A DNA stretch of 64,000 nt. Origin: an uncultured Actinomycetota bacterium. GTDB lineage: Bacteria; Actinomycetota; Thermoleophilia; Gaiellales; Gaiellaceae. The position numbers and the translations under genes were made by a program. The notes beneath the pieces are model-generated. The model saw only the letters and a program-made list of their open reading frames with translations. It was not told the DNA's origin and did not search any database. Location: contig CAVREC010000002.1 in NCBI GenBank assembly GCA_963720045.1, forward strand, positions 69,361 to 133,360. Direction: 5' to 3'. This document shows positions 1 to 9,285 of the stretch, piece after piece (position 1 is the first letter of the stretch; every line of letters starts with the position of its first letter).

Positions 1-672
1 CGGATCGTGTGACTGACCGAGGCGGAGTAGCCGAGGTTGTCGACGACGGTGGCTTTGATTGGTTCTCCTGAAGATGGCGCTCGATCGGCCTCGGGCGCGA
101 GGCGGCTCTCCCTCGGTCGAGGGGTATGGCATTTCGGCCGGTGGGTCCAGACCGTTGGCCGTAGAGCGCGGTTCGCCAAGCGCCTACAACGAGAGGACAG
201 CGAAAGCGCGTCGTGCAAACGGCCTCTGCTGGATCTTTCGGGTTGGGACCCCATCGACCACCGATCGAATCAGGGACGCACGCACGTTCATGACCAGCCG
301 GATCGCCATCGTCCCCCGTCCGCCTCTTCGGAGGCGGTCGGCTGGGCGCCTGGAAAGGACGGTCGGTGTTGCCAAGACCGACCGGAACGTATTACATTGT
401 CGAGCCGTTGAAGCAGTCAGACCCGAGTGGCCTCTATCGGCCTTCCGCTTTCGGCCTCTCGGCGTTCTCGAACGTCGTGTACAGCTTTGGCGGCGGGCCC
501 GGCAAGATCGGCCTGTGCGGTACCGACGACCCTGCGGCTCCAGGCACTGATGTCAGTCACGGCTACATTCGCGCGGAGAACTCGAGAGTTGCGCCACTTG
601 CAGGCAGTCTTCCTTGGGGGGAAGAGGGGAGTTCGGTATGCGCGTAGGAGCTACGGACTAACCGAAGGCGAC

Positions 673-1245
673 ATGGGGTCTCTGGTCTCACAGGGGAGGC
701 GTCCCTGCCTCCAGCTACGGCTTGCCGCGGTCCTCGCGGTGCTCGCGCTCGCCGTCTCCGCCTCGCTCCTCGCGCCGGGCGGGGCCGTCGGAGGGACGCG
801 GACGCATTCTGCGGAGACCGCACTCGATGTGAGCGTCGTCGATCAGATCAACCAGCTCCGGCTCTCGCTCGGGCTCAGGCCGCTCACCTTCAGCACGGCA
901 CTCTTCGGCTCGGCGACCGTGCACTGCGAGCAGATGGTCGACGGCGGCTATTTCGGGCACCAGGCGCCGAACGGCTCGAGCTTCGCCTCGCGGGCCTACA
1001 CCTACTACCCGCAGCAACATCACTTCTACTACGCCGTCGGCGAGAACCTGCTCTGGAGCAAGGGCTCGATGTCCGGGGCCGCGATGGTCGGCCTCTGGAT
1101 GCGAAGCGCACCGCATCGGGCGAATCTGCTCAACCCGCAGTGGCGTCAGGTGGCAGTGGCAGCCCTCAGCACAGGCTCGGCCCCCGGCATCTACTCGGGG
1201 AATCCGGTCACGGTCGTCACGGCCGACTTCGGCGTCCGCCGCTAG
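673..1245 (+). CDS. secreted CAP/SCP (PR-1, YkwD-like) domain protein
   Basis: ATG at 673 inside ORF 427..1245. Hydrophobic signal-like segment LRLAAVLAVLALAVSASLLAPGG. CAP-type motifs YFGHQAPNG, GENLLWS and SAPHRANLLNPQWRQVAVA. Confidence 0.8.
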   Translation: MGSLVSQGRRPCLQLRLAAVLAVLALAVSASLLAPGGAVGGTRTHSAETALDVSVVDQINQLRLSLGLRPLTFSTALFGSATVHCEQMVDGGYFGHQAPNGSSFASRAYTYYPQQHHFYYAVGENLLWSKGSMSGAAMVGLWMRSAPHRANLLNPQWRQVAVAALSTGSAPGIYSGNPVTVVTADFGVRR

Positions 1246-1467
1246 CACCGGCCCGACGCCTGTTCGCGGCGACTGGTCGCCGGCGGGAAAATCGGTGCAT
1301 GGCACCGTTGTTGCCTGCCCGGTTCCGGTTGAGCTGCGGCTTCCCGGCTCACGGCGCGGCGCCTAACCGCGGTGCCCGGCACCGGCCTTTGGGCCCTCGG
1401 CAGCATGTGCTCCTGGAGCAGGCCGAGGCGGGCCGGCTCCCGAAGGAACCGGCCCGCTCCTCATCCC

Positions 1468-2288
1468 CTACGCGTGGAGGTTGACGTGGAACGAGACGAG
1501 CCGGCGGGCCGAAATGCCGCCGAGCAGGTCTTCGCCGCTCTTGCGGGCCCTGACGAAGATCACCAGCAGCTGCTGGTGGCTCGAGGCCGGGAAGCCGCGG
1601 AGCTCGTTCATCGAAAGGACGGCCGAGCCGTCCGCACCCGTCGTTGCCTCGGGCGGAATCGAGAACTGGTTGTAGGGAGTCGCGGTCACGTACACGAGCG
1701 CACCTTGCACCGGCCGTCCGCCACAGGCGGTGACCAGGAAGTGAACCTGGATCGTGCCGGACGTCCTCGTGATCGGGCTCGGGGTGACAGTCCCGCCGCC
1801 GATCAGCAGGTGGGCAGGCGAGCTCACGTCGGCGATCTGGATCGCACCGGTTCCGCTCGGGCAGCCTGTCGGCCCGGCCGCGGCGGTGACGACGGCCGTC
1901 GGAACCGAGCCCTCCGAGTCGCTCCCGTCGGAGTTCGTTCCGATGACGACGACCTGCAGGGTGTTACCGACGTCGGCCTTCTGAACCGTGTAGGTGTTGT
2001 TCGTCTGACCGGTGATCCCGGCGCAGCTCTTGCCGTTCGCGTCACAGCGATCCCACTGATAGGTGAACGTGATCGGCGTCGTTCCCGTCCAGGTGCCGTT
2101 GCCGGCGGTCAGGGTCGCGCCCTCCTGGGCGTTACCGGCGACGGTCGGAGGATTCTGGTTCGTGGGCTTCACCTTGATCGCGGCGTTTCCGTCTGAAGCG
2201 TGCCGAACACAGCGCCGATTGCGATCGCTGTGAGGGCAAGGAGCACCGCTTTGGTCGATCGGCGGCCGAAAAGTTGAGCATGGGTCAT
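1468..2288 (-). pseudogene. secreted Ig-like repeat protein with an apparent frameshift between signal peptide and mature part
   Basis: ATG at 2288 with GGAGG 8 nt upstream. It encodes the signal-like MTHAQLFGRRSTKAVLLALTAIAIGAVFGTLQ and hits TGA after 39 codons. The mature part (DGNAAIKVKPTNQNPP...TFTYQWDRCDANGKSCAGITGQTNNTYTVQKADVGNTLQVVV...) lies in another frame as the 3' end of track ORF 1468..4563, with no start codon of its own. Confidence 0.6.
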
Positions 2289-2475
2289 TCCATCGCCTCC
2301 TTGGTGGCGTATCCGTGCGGAGCGTAAGGGTTACCCAGATCCCGTGTGGACAACGCAAGGATCGTGTCAGGGGGAGGTTAGGCTCGGCTCGCGCGAAGCG
2401 CGAAATCGGGCTAAGCTCGGGCGTAATGGTCGAGGCGGTGGGCTCATCCCAGACGAACGCGGAAGACACGCCACC

Positions 2476-5400
2476 TTGGCGCTGATCCTCAAGCGCGTCG
2501 GCCGCTACGAGCTGCTGAGGGAGGTCGGGCGCGGTGGAATGGCGACCGTCTACCTGGCGCGCCAGACCGACCTCGACCGCCATGTCGCGCTCAAGGAGCT
2601 CGCGAGCCTCCATTCCGCCGACGAGGCCTTCGCGGAGCGCTTCCTGCGCGAGTCGCGGATGGCGGGATCGCTGAGCCATCCGAACATCGTCACCGTCCAC
2701 GACTACTTCGAGCACGAGGGGACGCCCTACATCTCGATGGAGTACATCGCGCGCGGTTCGCTGCGCCCGCTCGTCGGCCACCTCACCCTGGCGCAGATCG
2801 GCGGTGTGCTCGAGGGTTTGCTCGCAGGCCTCCAGCACGCGGCGAGCCGCGGGATCGTCCACCGTGACATGAAGCCGGAGAACGTGATGGTCACCGGCGA
2901 GGGCGGCGTGAAGATCTCGGACTTCGGGATCGGCCGAGCGCTCAACCAGGCCGGAAACGCCTCGAAATTCCTGACCGCGACCGGAACCGCGATCGGCACG
3001 CCCGCCTACATGGCGCCGGAGCAGGCGATGGCGAAGGAGGTCGGGCCCTGGACGGATCTCTACTCGCTCGGGATCATGGCCTACGAGATGGTGCTCGGCG
3101 AGGTTCCGTTCGCCGACTCCGAGACGCCGATGTCGATGCTCGTCCGGCACGTCAGCGAGACCGTCCCGGCGCCCTCGTCGATCGACCCGTCGATCGACCC
3201 ACAGCTCGGCGAGTGGCTCGAATGGCTCCTGAACAAGGATCCGAAGGACCGGCCGCCGAGCGCCAGCGACGCCTGGGACAAGCTCGAGGAGATCATCATC
3301 CATCTGCTCGGCCCGCGCTGGCGGCGCGAGGCCCGCCTCGGCGACGGCGAAGGTGAGCCGCACGCCGACGAGGACGCAAAGCCGCTCACGCCGGCGCCCT
3401 TCTCGGAGGAGCGCTCGAAGGTTTCGCTCGGGACGCCTCAACCCGAGTATGTGACGGTCGACCCGGGAGCGACTGACGCAGCTGCGGCGGCGGCCGCAGC
3501 GGGCGCCGCGGCGGCAGCGGCGGCGACGCCTTCGCTCGATGCTCCCGCCCCCGCCGCGCCTGGGCCCGCTGCGCCCGTGGAAGTCGAACCCTCCGTTCCG
3601 GTTGCCGAGGACCCGCCCGCGCCGGTGCCTGCTGCCGAAGCGCCGGCCCCGCCGGAGCCCGCGGTCGACGAGCCGGCCGCCGACGAGCCGGCCGCTCCCG
3701 AGGCGGCCAAGCCGGCAGCCGAGAAGCCTCCTTCCGCAGCCGATACCCCGGCGACGCCCGGAGGCTCGCTCGACCTGGGCGACGAGGAAGAGGACATGTA
3801 CCTCACCTTTGCGCCCGGCGCAAAGAAAGCCGTCGTTCCCCCGCCGGCCCCGGTTCCGGTCGCCGAGGCACCCGCCGCCCCGCCTGCGGCGCCCGCTGCG
3901 CCTGCGCCGCTTGAGCCGCCCGCGCCTGCCCCGGTTGCCGAAACCCCGGCCCCGGCCCCGCCGAGCCCTGCACCGGTCGAGACGCCTGCTCCGCCTGCTC
4001 CGGAGGCCGCTCCGCCGGTTCCCGTGGCGGCCGAGGCGCCACCGCCTGCTCCCGCTCCCCCTGTGGCCCCCGAACCGATCGCGCCGGACTCCGAGCCGGA
4101 ACCCGACCACGACCATTCGGCCGCTGCCGCCGCGGCGACCGGTGCCGTCGCCGGTGCCGCCGCAGCCGCTGCCGCAGCCAGTCCGAAGCCGAAACGCGGG
4201 CTCGGGAGGCTGAAGAAGCCGAACGTCCCGAAGCTGCCGAACATGCCGAACATCCCGAACCTGCCTCCGGAGGTCCAGCAGTTCGCGCCGGGTATCGCCG
4301 GCGAGATCGGCGGGGCAAACGCGGAGCTTGCGGCGGTGCCCCAGGAGATGCAGATCCCCTCGGCGGGCCAGGAGTTCAACGAGGCGATGCCGGATGTCGC
4401 CGGGCACGTCGCCGAGGCGCAGGCGGTCGTCGGCGACACGCCGGGGACGCCGAGCATCCCGACCCCCCATGTCTCGCACACGAGGGAGCCGGTCGCGCCC
4501 GCAGCGGCAGCCGCTGCCGCGACGCCGGAGGCGCCCGCCCCCGAGGTGCACGAGAAGAAGCACCGAGGGGCGAAGATTGCCGGGGCGGCTGCGGGCGCTG
4601 CCGTTGCCGGCGCCGCCGCGGCCGCCGCTGCTCCGGCTGCCTCCGCAGCTGCCCCGCCGGCAGCTTCACCACCTGCCGCGCCGCCAGAGCCGCCGCCTCC
4701 ACCTCCGCCCGAGAAGCCGCCGTCCTCCACGCCGCTTGCGCCGGATCTTCTCGTCACGGCCCCGCCGGACAGGGCGCCGAAGGCCGTCGAGCATCCGAGC
4801 TTCGTCCTCACCGACGCGGTCAAGGCGCTCGACCAGGAAAAGGAGACGAAGACCACGATCAAGCCGCTCTGGATCCTCGTCGCCCTCGGCCTCGTGGCGG
4901 TCGTGGTCGTCGCGGTGATCGTGCTCGCGGGTGGCGGGAGCAGCGGGAAGAAGGCGGCGACGACCTCGACGACCACTCCGACCACGACAGGCCGGACGTC
5001 GACGACCACTCAGACGACCACCCCCACGACTCCCGTCATCGCCGAGGTTCCGCCCACGGCGATCCAGCAGCAGTCGATCGCCGGTGCCGGCGGCGGATCG
5101 GTCGTCGTCGCCTCGCCGGGCGGTGCGATCGAGCGCCTCTCGGGTGCGACGCTCAAGCCGCAGGCCTCGACCACCGATCCGGGAAGGCCCACCTCGATCA
5201 GCCAGAGCTACGGCCGCGTCTTCGTGACCGACAACGGCACGATCGCGACGTACAAGCTCAACGACCTGAGCCCGATCGACGCGGTCAGCCTCCCGGGGGC
5301 CTACGCCCTTGCCGGCGGCGGCGCCAACCTCCCGCTCTATGCCCTCTCGCGGCGCGGCGTCGACGGCGGCCAGATCTGCACGGTCACCCCGCAGGCCGTC

Positions 5401-6513
5401 TCGCCGTGCGTGACGGTTCCGTTCGCCCCCTCGGGCGGCGGGGTTCACCGGATCAGCTCGGGTAAGAGCGTCGTCTATCTCACCGATCGCGCTTCGGCGA
5501 GCGTCGTTCCCTACACGGCGACGAAGACCGCCCTCACTCCGGGCACACCGATCAAGCTGCCGGCGCAGCCTCAGGGCGATCCGGTCGCGATCGGCAAGAC
5601 GCTCTACGTTCCTGTCCGCCGAGGGATCGCCGTGATCGACACGACCACCGGCAAGGTCATCTCGACGATCGCCCTTCCCGTCTCGCCGCTCTCCCTCGTC
5701 GCCAATGGCAAGAAGCAGCTCTTCGCTGCGCTCTTCTCCACGAATCAGGTCGCCGCGCTGACGCTCACCAAGCCCGGCGCGACCCCCGCGATCAAGCTCA
5801 TCAAGGTGCAGAAAGGCCCGGTCGCGCTCGCGGACTCCGGCGGCTCGGTCTACGTCGTCAACGGTGCCACAGACAGCGCGCAGAAGATCAACCCGGCGAC
5901 GCTCACGGTGACGAGCGTCTCGAAGCTCCCGTCGCTCGGGTCGAACACGCCGCCGATCACCGCGCTGGCCCCGAAGATCGTCGCGAACGGGCGCACCGTC
6001 ACCGTCACCGTGCCGCTCCACGGCGGGACGCTTCCGTCGTCAGGCCTCGTGGTCTCCAGCACGAAGATCTCGGGCGGGCATGCTGCCGCCACGCTCTGGC
6101 AGGGCGGGATCAAGACGAAGGGCGGCACGAAGAGCGCACAAGGCGTCTCGGTCACGACGAGCTCACATCCGGGGCGTGTCGATGTCGTCCTGCACACTCG
6201 TGCCGGCGATTTCGAGAAGGTCGTCGTAGCCCGCGCCGGAGACGGCCGTGCGGTGAGCTTCACCCTGACTGAGCCGCCTCCGCCTCCGCCTCCGACGACG
6301 CCGACGACGACGCCGACGACGACGCCGACGACGACGCCGACCACGACGCCGCACGACGACGCCGACGACGACGCCGACGACGACGCCGACCACGACGCCG
6401 ACGACGACGCCGACCACGACGCCCACGACGACGCCCACGACGACGCCGACCACGACGCCGACGCACACCACGACGCCAACGTCGACCGGGATCACCATCG
6501 GCTAGTCGAATGA
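2476..6513 (+). CDS. Hanks-type Ser/Thr protein kinase, single TM, extracytoplasmic beta-propeller-like domain
   Basis: Kinase motifs GRGGMATVYLA..VALK, HRDMKPEN, SDFG and YMAPEQ. These are followed by a long Pro/Ala linker and the TM helix LWILVALGLVAVVVVAVIVLAGG. Then come a Ser/Thr linker, repeated strand-rich segments (YVTN/propeller-like) and a PTTT repeat tail. The start is uncertain: TTG 2476 is chosen just before the kinase domain, while the track ORF starts at 2344. Confidence 0.85.
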   Translation: MALILKRVGRYELLREVGRGGMATVYLARQTDLDRHVALKELASLHSADEAFAERFLRESRMAGSLSHPNIVTVHDYFEHEGTPYISMEYIARGSLRPLVGHLTLAQIGGVLEGLLAGLQHAASRGIVHRDMKPENVMVTGEGGVKISDFGIGRALNQAGNASKFLTATGTAIGTPAYMAPEQAMAKEVGPWTDLYSLGIMAYEMVLGEVPFADSETPMSMLVRHVSETVPAPSSIDPSIDPQLGEWLEWLLNKDPKDRPPSASDAWDKLEEIIIHLLGPRWRREARLGDGEGEPHADEDAKPLTPAPFSEERSKVSLGTPQPEYVTVDPGATDAAAAAAAAGAAAAAAATPSLDAPAPAAPGPAAPVEVEPSVPVAEDPPAPVPAAEAPAPPEPAVDEPAADEPAAPEAAKPAAEKPPSAADTPATPGGSLDLGDEEEDMYLTFAPGAKKAVVPPPAPVPVAEAPAAPPAAPAAPAPLEPPAPAPVAETPAPAPPSPAPVETPAPPAPEAAPPVPVAAEAPPPAPAPPVAPEPIAPDSEPEPDHDHSAAAAAATGAVAGAAAAAAAASPKPKRGLGRLKKPNVPKLPNMPNIPNLPPEVQQFAPGIAGEIGGANAELAAVPQEMQIPSAGQEFNEAMPDVAGHVAEAQAVVGDTPGTPSIPTPHVSHTREPVAPAAAAAAATPEAPAPEVHEKKHRGAKIAGAAAGAAVAGAAAAAAAPAASAAAPPAASPPAAPPEPPPPPPPEKPPSSTPLAPDLLVTAPPDRAPKAVEHPSFVLTDAVKALDQEKETKTTIKPLWILVALGLVAVVVVAVIVLAGGGSSGKKAATTSTTTPTTTGRTSTTTQTTTPTTPVIAEVPPTAIQQQSIAGAGGGSVVVASPGGAIERLSGATLKPQASTTDPGRPTSISQSYGRVFVTDNGTIATYKLNDLSPIDAVSLPGAYALAGGGANLPLYALSRRGVDGGQICTVTPQAVSPCVTVPFAPSGGGVHRISSGKSVVYLTDRASASVVPYTATKTALTPGTPIKLPAQPQGDPVAIGKTLYVPVRRGIAVIDTTTGKVISTIALPVSPLSLVANGKKQLFAALFSTNQVAALTLTKPGATPAIKLIKVQKGPVALADSGGSVYVVNGATDSAQKINPATLTVTSVSKLPSLGSNTPPITALAPKIVANGRTVTVTVPLHGGTLPSSGLVVSSTKISGGHAAATLWQGGIKTKGGTKSAQGVSVTTSSHPGRVDVVLHTRAGDFEKVVVARAGDGRAVSFTLTEPPPPPPPTTPTTTPTTTPTTTPTTTPHDDADDDADDDADHDADDDADHDAHDDAHDDADHDADAHHDANVDRDHHRLVE
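6274..6480 (+). repeat. coding 12-nt tandem repeat (ccgacgacgacg, PTTT) with an internal frame switch
   Basis: Direct reading: the P7(TTPT)n tract changes to HDDADDDADH.. after an extra c in ccgcacgacgacg near 6350. In the other frame the PTTT repeat would continue to a TAG at about 6502. Confidence 0.8.
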
Positions 6514-6515
6514 CC

Positions 6516-6531
6516 GGCCCCGTCGGGGGCC
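6516..6531. terminator. short GC hairpin between convergent kinase and hydrolase genes
   Basis: GGCCCC-gtcg-GGGGCC lies in the 33-nt gap between the stop codons at 6513 (+) and 6547 (-). There is no clear U-tract. Confidence 0.35.
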
Positions 6532-6546
6532 AGGCCTACAGCGTGC

Positions 6547-9285
6547 TTACGCGTTCGGGTCGGGAACAGCCGGCAGGACCTGCACCGTGCTCCCGGTTCC
6601 GCCGCCCGGCTCCGGGGGCGGCGTGCCCGAACCGCCGCCCGAAACCGCGTCGAAGAGACCGCTGTTGCCGGTGCCCTGCTGAGCCGGCTCCGGGGTCGGT
6701 GACCCCGGGGTCGGTGCTGCGGGCGGCTCGACCGGAGGCGCCGCGCCCGCACCGGGCGGCTCGGGGGTGCCGCTTGCAAGGCCTGTGACGTCGCTTCCGC
6801 CTGCGAACTGCTCCTTGTAATACGGCTCGTCGAGGCTCGAGATCTTCACCACGTCGCCTGTGTGCGGGGCGTGGAGGAACATGTGGTTCCCGATGTACAG
6901 GCCCTCGTGGTGCACGTAGCCGGTCGAGTCCTTGAAGAAGACGATGTCGCCCGGCTTGAGGTCGTTCACGTTCGAGATGTGCTCGCCGACGTTGAACTGG
7001 TCGGCCGCGACGCGCGGGACGTGGATCCCGAGTTGGCCGTAGCTGTACTCCACGAGGCCCGAGCAGTCGAAGCCGGTCTGCGGCGTGTCGCCGCCCCAGT
7101 GATACGGCGTGCCGATGTATTTCTCCGCGATCGTCAGCGCCTGGACACCGGCCGCCGAGCCTCCGGCCGCGGCGCCCGTCGCGCCCTGGAGCGCTTCCGC
7201 TGCGGCAGCCGCGTCGGGCCCCGCGGTGCCTCCGGCTCCCGCCCCGCCCGGCCCACCTGCCGAAAGGAGGCTGTCGGCCTGGTCGAGGTGGGTCTGGTAG
7301 CGGCCGCGGTACTCGGCGGCGGGCTGCTCGACGTCCGCGACCCAGTCGCCCCACTTGCTCTTGTCCTGGCCGTAGCTCGCATCGCCCTGTGAGAGGCGTT
7401 CGCGCCGGACCTCGAGCGCCTGGTTGATGAACCACTTGAGCTGGAGCTCCGGGTGGTCGGAGAAGCCCTTGTACTCGCCCTGGTTCCAGATGCTCGTCCG
7501 CATCTGGAAGAAGCCGAGCGAGTCGCGGTCGCCGTAGTTGTCGTTCTTCAGGCCCGACTCGGTGAGCGCCGCCATGATCGGCAGCTCGGCCGGCAGCCCC
7601 GCCTTGTGTGCCTGCCGCGCCATCCACGCAGCGATCGCCTGCTGGGAGGCGTTGTCGCCGGGATAGGTGTCGCTCGCATCGGGCAGCCCGCCCGCCGCGT
7701 TCGGGTCGAATCCCTGGAGCGCCGACTCCGCGGCGGCTCCGCCGTGACCCGTGGCGGGCACCTCGAACTGGAAGGTCGAGTGACCCTCGCGGCCCTGCAC
7801 CGCTCCGATGACCATGCTCTGGTGCGTCGGCGGGGGTGGTGGCGCGCCGGGTGTCGTCACGGGCGTCACGGGCTCCGGCGGCGAGGTGGTCGGGGCGGCC
7901 GGCGGGGTGGTCGTGGGATCGGGCGGTGCGCCTCCGCCGGCGGGCGGCGTCGTCGGCGTGGGTGGAGGCGTCGTCGGCGCGGCGGGGGGAGTCGTCGTCG
8001 GATCCGGAGGCGGCGTCGAGGGCGCGGCCGGCGGGGTCGTTGCCGGATCGGGTGGCGTCCCGCCGGAAGGGGGCGTGGTCGCCGGGTCGGCCGGAGGCGT
8101 CGAACCGCCCTGTGGCTCTGGTGGCGTGGGCAACGGGGTGGGCGGCGGCGTCGTCGGCGCGGCCGGCGGCGTCGTGGTCGGGTCGGGTGGTGGTGTGGAG
8201 GGTGCGGCCGGCGGCGTCGTGGTCGGGTCGGGTGGTGGTGTGGAGGGCGCGGCCGGCGGCGTCGTGGTCGGGTCGGGTGGTGGTGTGGAGGGTGCGGCGG
8301 GCGGCGTCGTGGTCGGGTCGGGTGGTGGTGTGGAGGGCGCGGCCGGCGGCGTGGTGCTCGAATCCGGCGGCGTCGTGCCCGGCTCGGGCGGCGTCGTGCC
8401 CGGGGAAGGCGGCGTCGTTCCGGTGTCCGGCGTCGTCGAGGTGTCGACGGGGTCGTTCGTCCCGGCGACCATGTGCGTGGCCGGGGCCGAGGACGAGGGA
8501 GCGTCGAAGATGAGGTGGATCCGGTCGTCGTGGCCGCCGCCCTGCGTGAAGCCGTGCGCCTCGATCGGCCACGGTGTCACGATCTGCGCCGGCCGCAAGG
8601 ACGGGTCGAGCGAGGCGAGCTCGTTGGCCAGGTCGCGTGCGTAGATGTTCGACTGCGACACCCGCTCGCCGTCGACCGAGAGGATGTCGAACGAATCGCC
8701 TCCCGCCCCGTGGCTCACCTGGAGCGCCCCGATCTGGAGCTGGTGCTGCTTCGTCAGGTCGTCGAGCACCGACACGAGCCGAGCGTCGGCGCCGCCCCGT
8801 GCGAGGGCTGCGTGTGCCTCCGGCGAGAAGGTCAGGTGCGTGTTGTGAAGCAGGGTCGTGATGTCCGACGAGCTCGCGAGATGGGCCGATGAGCCCGAGC
8901 CCGCCAGATGGTCGGTGACGCCCGAGCCGTGGAGGTTGTCGGGATCGATCGCGTGCAGCTTCGGGCTCGTGAGCGCGTGATGGACGACCCGGTGGGCCTG
9001 GCCGTGAAGGTGGTTGTCATGGAGGTTCTTGAGGTGGTCGACGGCTCCGGTCCCCTCGGACGCGGCGGCCATGAACGCACCGGCGAGGCTCGAGCGGGAC
9101 TCGCGGATCTCGAGCGTGTGGAACATGCTCGCCGTGGAACCGCCGCCGAACTCGGTCGCGAGCTCCGGGAGGTCGAACTGCTCGCACGCGCTCGCCGGAT
9201 CGTGCCGGAAGCTCGCGCGGAACTCGTCGTCGGTCAGAAGCTTCTCGAGCAGCTCCGCAGCGCGTGCTTCGTCAGACGACTGCAC
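6547..9285 (-). CDS. multidomain cell-wall hydrolase: lytic-transglycosylase-like region plus NlpC/P60 endopeptidase; no signal peptide
   Basis: NlpC/P60 signature YIGTPYHWGGDTPQTGFDCSGLVEYSYGQLGIHVPR...GDIVFF...HHEGLYIG. SLT-like segment LPIMAALTESGLKN...DSLGFFQMRTSIW. Long TTPPAAPSTPPPDP repeats. The N-terminus MQSSDEARAAELLEKLLTDDEFRASF is hydrophilic. The start overlaps the upstream gene end by 14 nt. Confidence 0.85.
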   Translation of the reverse strand: MQSSDEARAAELLEKLLTDDEFRASFRHDPASACEQFDLPELATEFGGGSTASMFHTLEIRESRSSLAGAFMAAASEGTGAVDHLKNLHDNHLHGQAHRVVHHALTSPKLHAIDPDNLHGSGVTDHLAGSGSSAHLASSSDITTLLHNTHLTFSPEAHAALARGGADARLVSVLDDLTKQHQLQIGALQVSHGAGGDSFDILSVDGERVSQSNIYARDLANELASLDPSLRPAQIVTPWPIEAHGFTQGGGHDDRIHLIFDAPSSSAPATHMVAGTNDPVDTSTTPDTGTTPPSPGTTPPEPGTTPPDSSTTPPAAPSTPPPDPTTTPPAAPSTPPPDPTTTPPAAPSTPPPDPTTTPPAAPSTPPPDPTTTPPAAPTTPPPTPLPTPPEPQGGSTPPADPATTPPSGGTPPDPATTPPAAPSTPPPDPTTTPPAAPTTPPPTPTTPPAGGGAPPDPTTTPPAAPTTSPPEPVTPVTTPGAPPPPPTHQSMVIGAVQGREGHSTFQFEVPATGHGGAAAESALQGFDPNAAGGLPDASDTYPGDNASQQAIAAWMARQAHKAGLPAELPIMAALTESGLKNDNYGDRDSLGFFQMRTSIWNQGEYKGFSDHPELQLKWFINQALEVRRERLSQGDASYGQDKSKWGDWVADVEQPAAEYRGRYQTHLDQADSLLSAGGPGGAGAGGTAGPDAAAAAEALQGATGAAAGGSAAGVQALTIAEKYIGTPYHWGGDTPQTGFDCSGLVEYSYGQLGIHVPRVAADQFNVGEHISNVNDLKPGDIVFFKDSTGYVHHEGLYIGNHMFLHAPHTGDVVKISSLDEPYYKEQFAGGSDVTGLASGTPEPPGAGAAPPVEPPAAPTPGSPTPEPAQQGTGNSGLFDAVSGGGSGTPPPEPGGGTGSTVQVLPAVPDPNA
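8150..8345 (-). repeat. near-perfect 45-bp coding tandem repeat (TTTPPAAPSTPPPDP, about 4 copies) within a wider Pro/Thr tract (about 7860..8440)
   Basis: Direct reading of lines 8161-8340: the unit ggccggcggcgtcgtggtcgggtcgggtggtggtgtggagggygc recurs with 45-nt period. Confidence 0.85.

Noticed and set aside
1-120. Partial minus-strand ORF running off the left edge (..PIKATVVDNLGYSASVSHTI)
   Set aside because: It is too short, and there is no start codon or recognisable motif within the window. The upstream in-frame sequence is Arg-rich junk.
430-672. Possible riboswitch or structured leader upstream of the CAP-domain gene (for example the c-di-AMP ydaO type often found before actinobacterial wall-hydrolase genes), and ORF 366..647
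   Set aside because: There is only a vague resemblance (AGCUA..CUAACCGAAGGCG) to the 3' part of the ydaO consensus as I remember it, and the core GGGGACCCA / GGGGUGAAUC elements are absent. ORF 366..647 has a less biased composition than shadow ORFs, but it has no motif, weak third-position GC and no RBS. A covariance-model scan (Rfam) would be needed.
2289-4563. Upstream two-thirds of the 1031-aa minus-strand ORF 1468..4563, and other long ORFs overlapping the kinase gene (3438..5009 -, 4666..6021 -, 3539..4213 +, 5850..6479 -)
   Set aside because: These have Arg/Gly/Pro/Ala-rich low-complexity translations with no motifs. They lie antisense or out of frame to a kinase gene that has clear catalytic motifs. 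They are typical high-GC shadow ORFs. Only 1468..2288 of the first ORF looks real.
6536-8892. ORFs 6536..8572 (-), 7453..8892 (+), 7808..8644 (+) and 7836..8513 (+) over the hydrolase gene
   Set aside because: These are alternative-frame or antisense readings of the Pro/Thr repeat tract (poly-Gly/Val/Arg products). The NlpC/P60 frame carries the recognisable domains.
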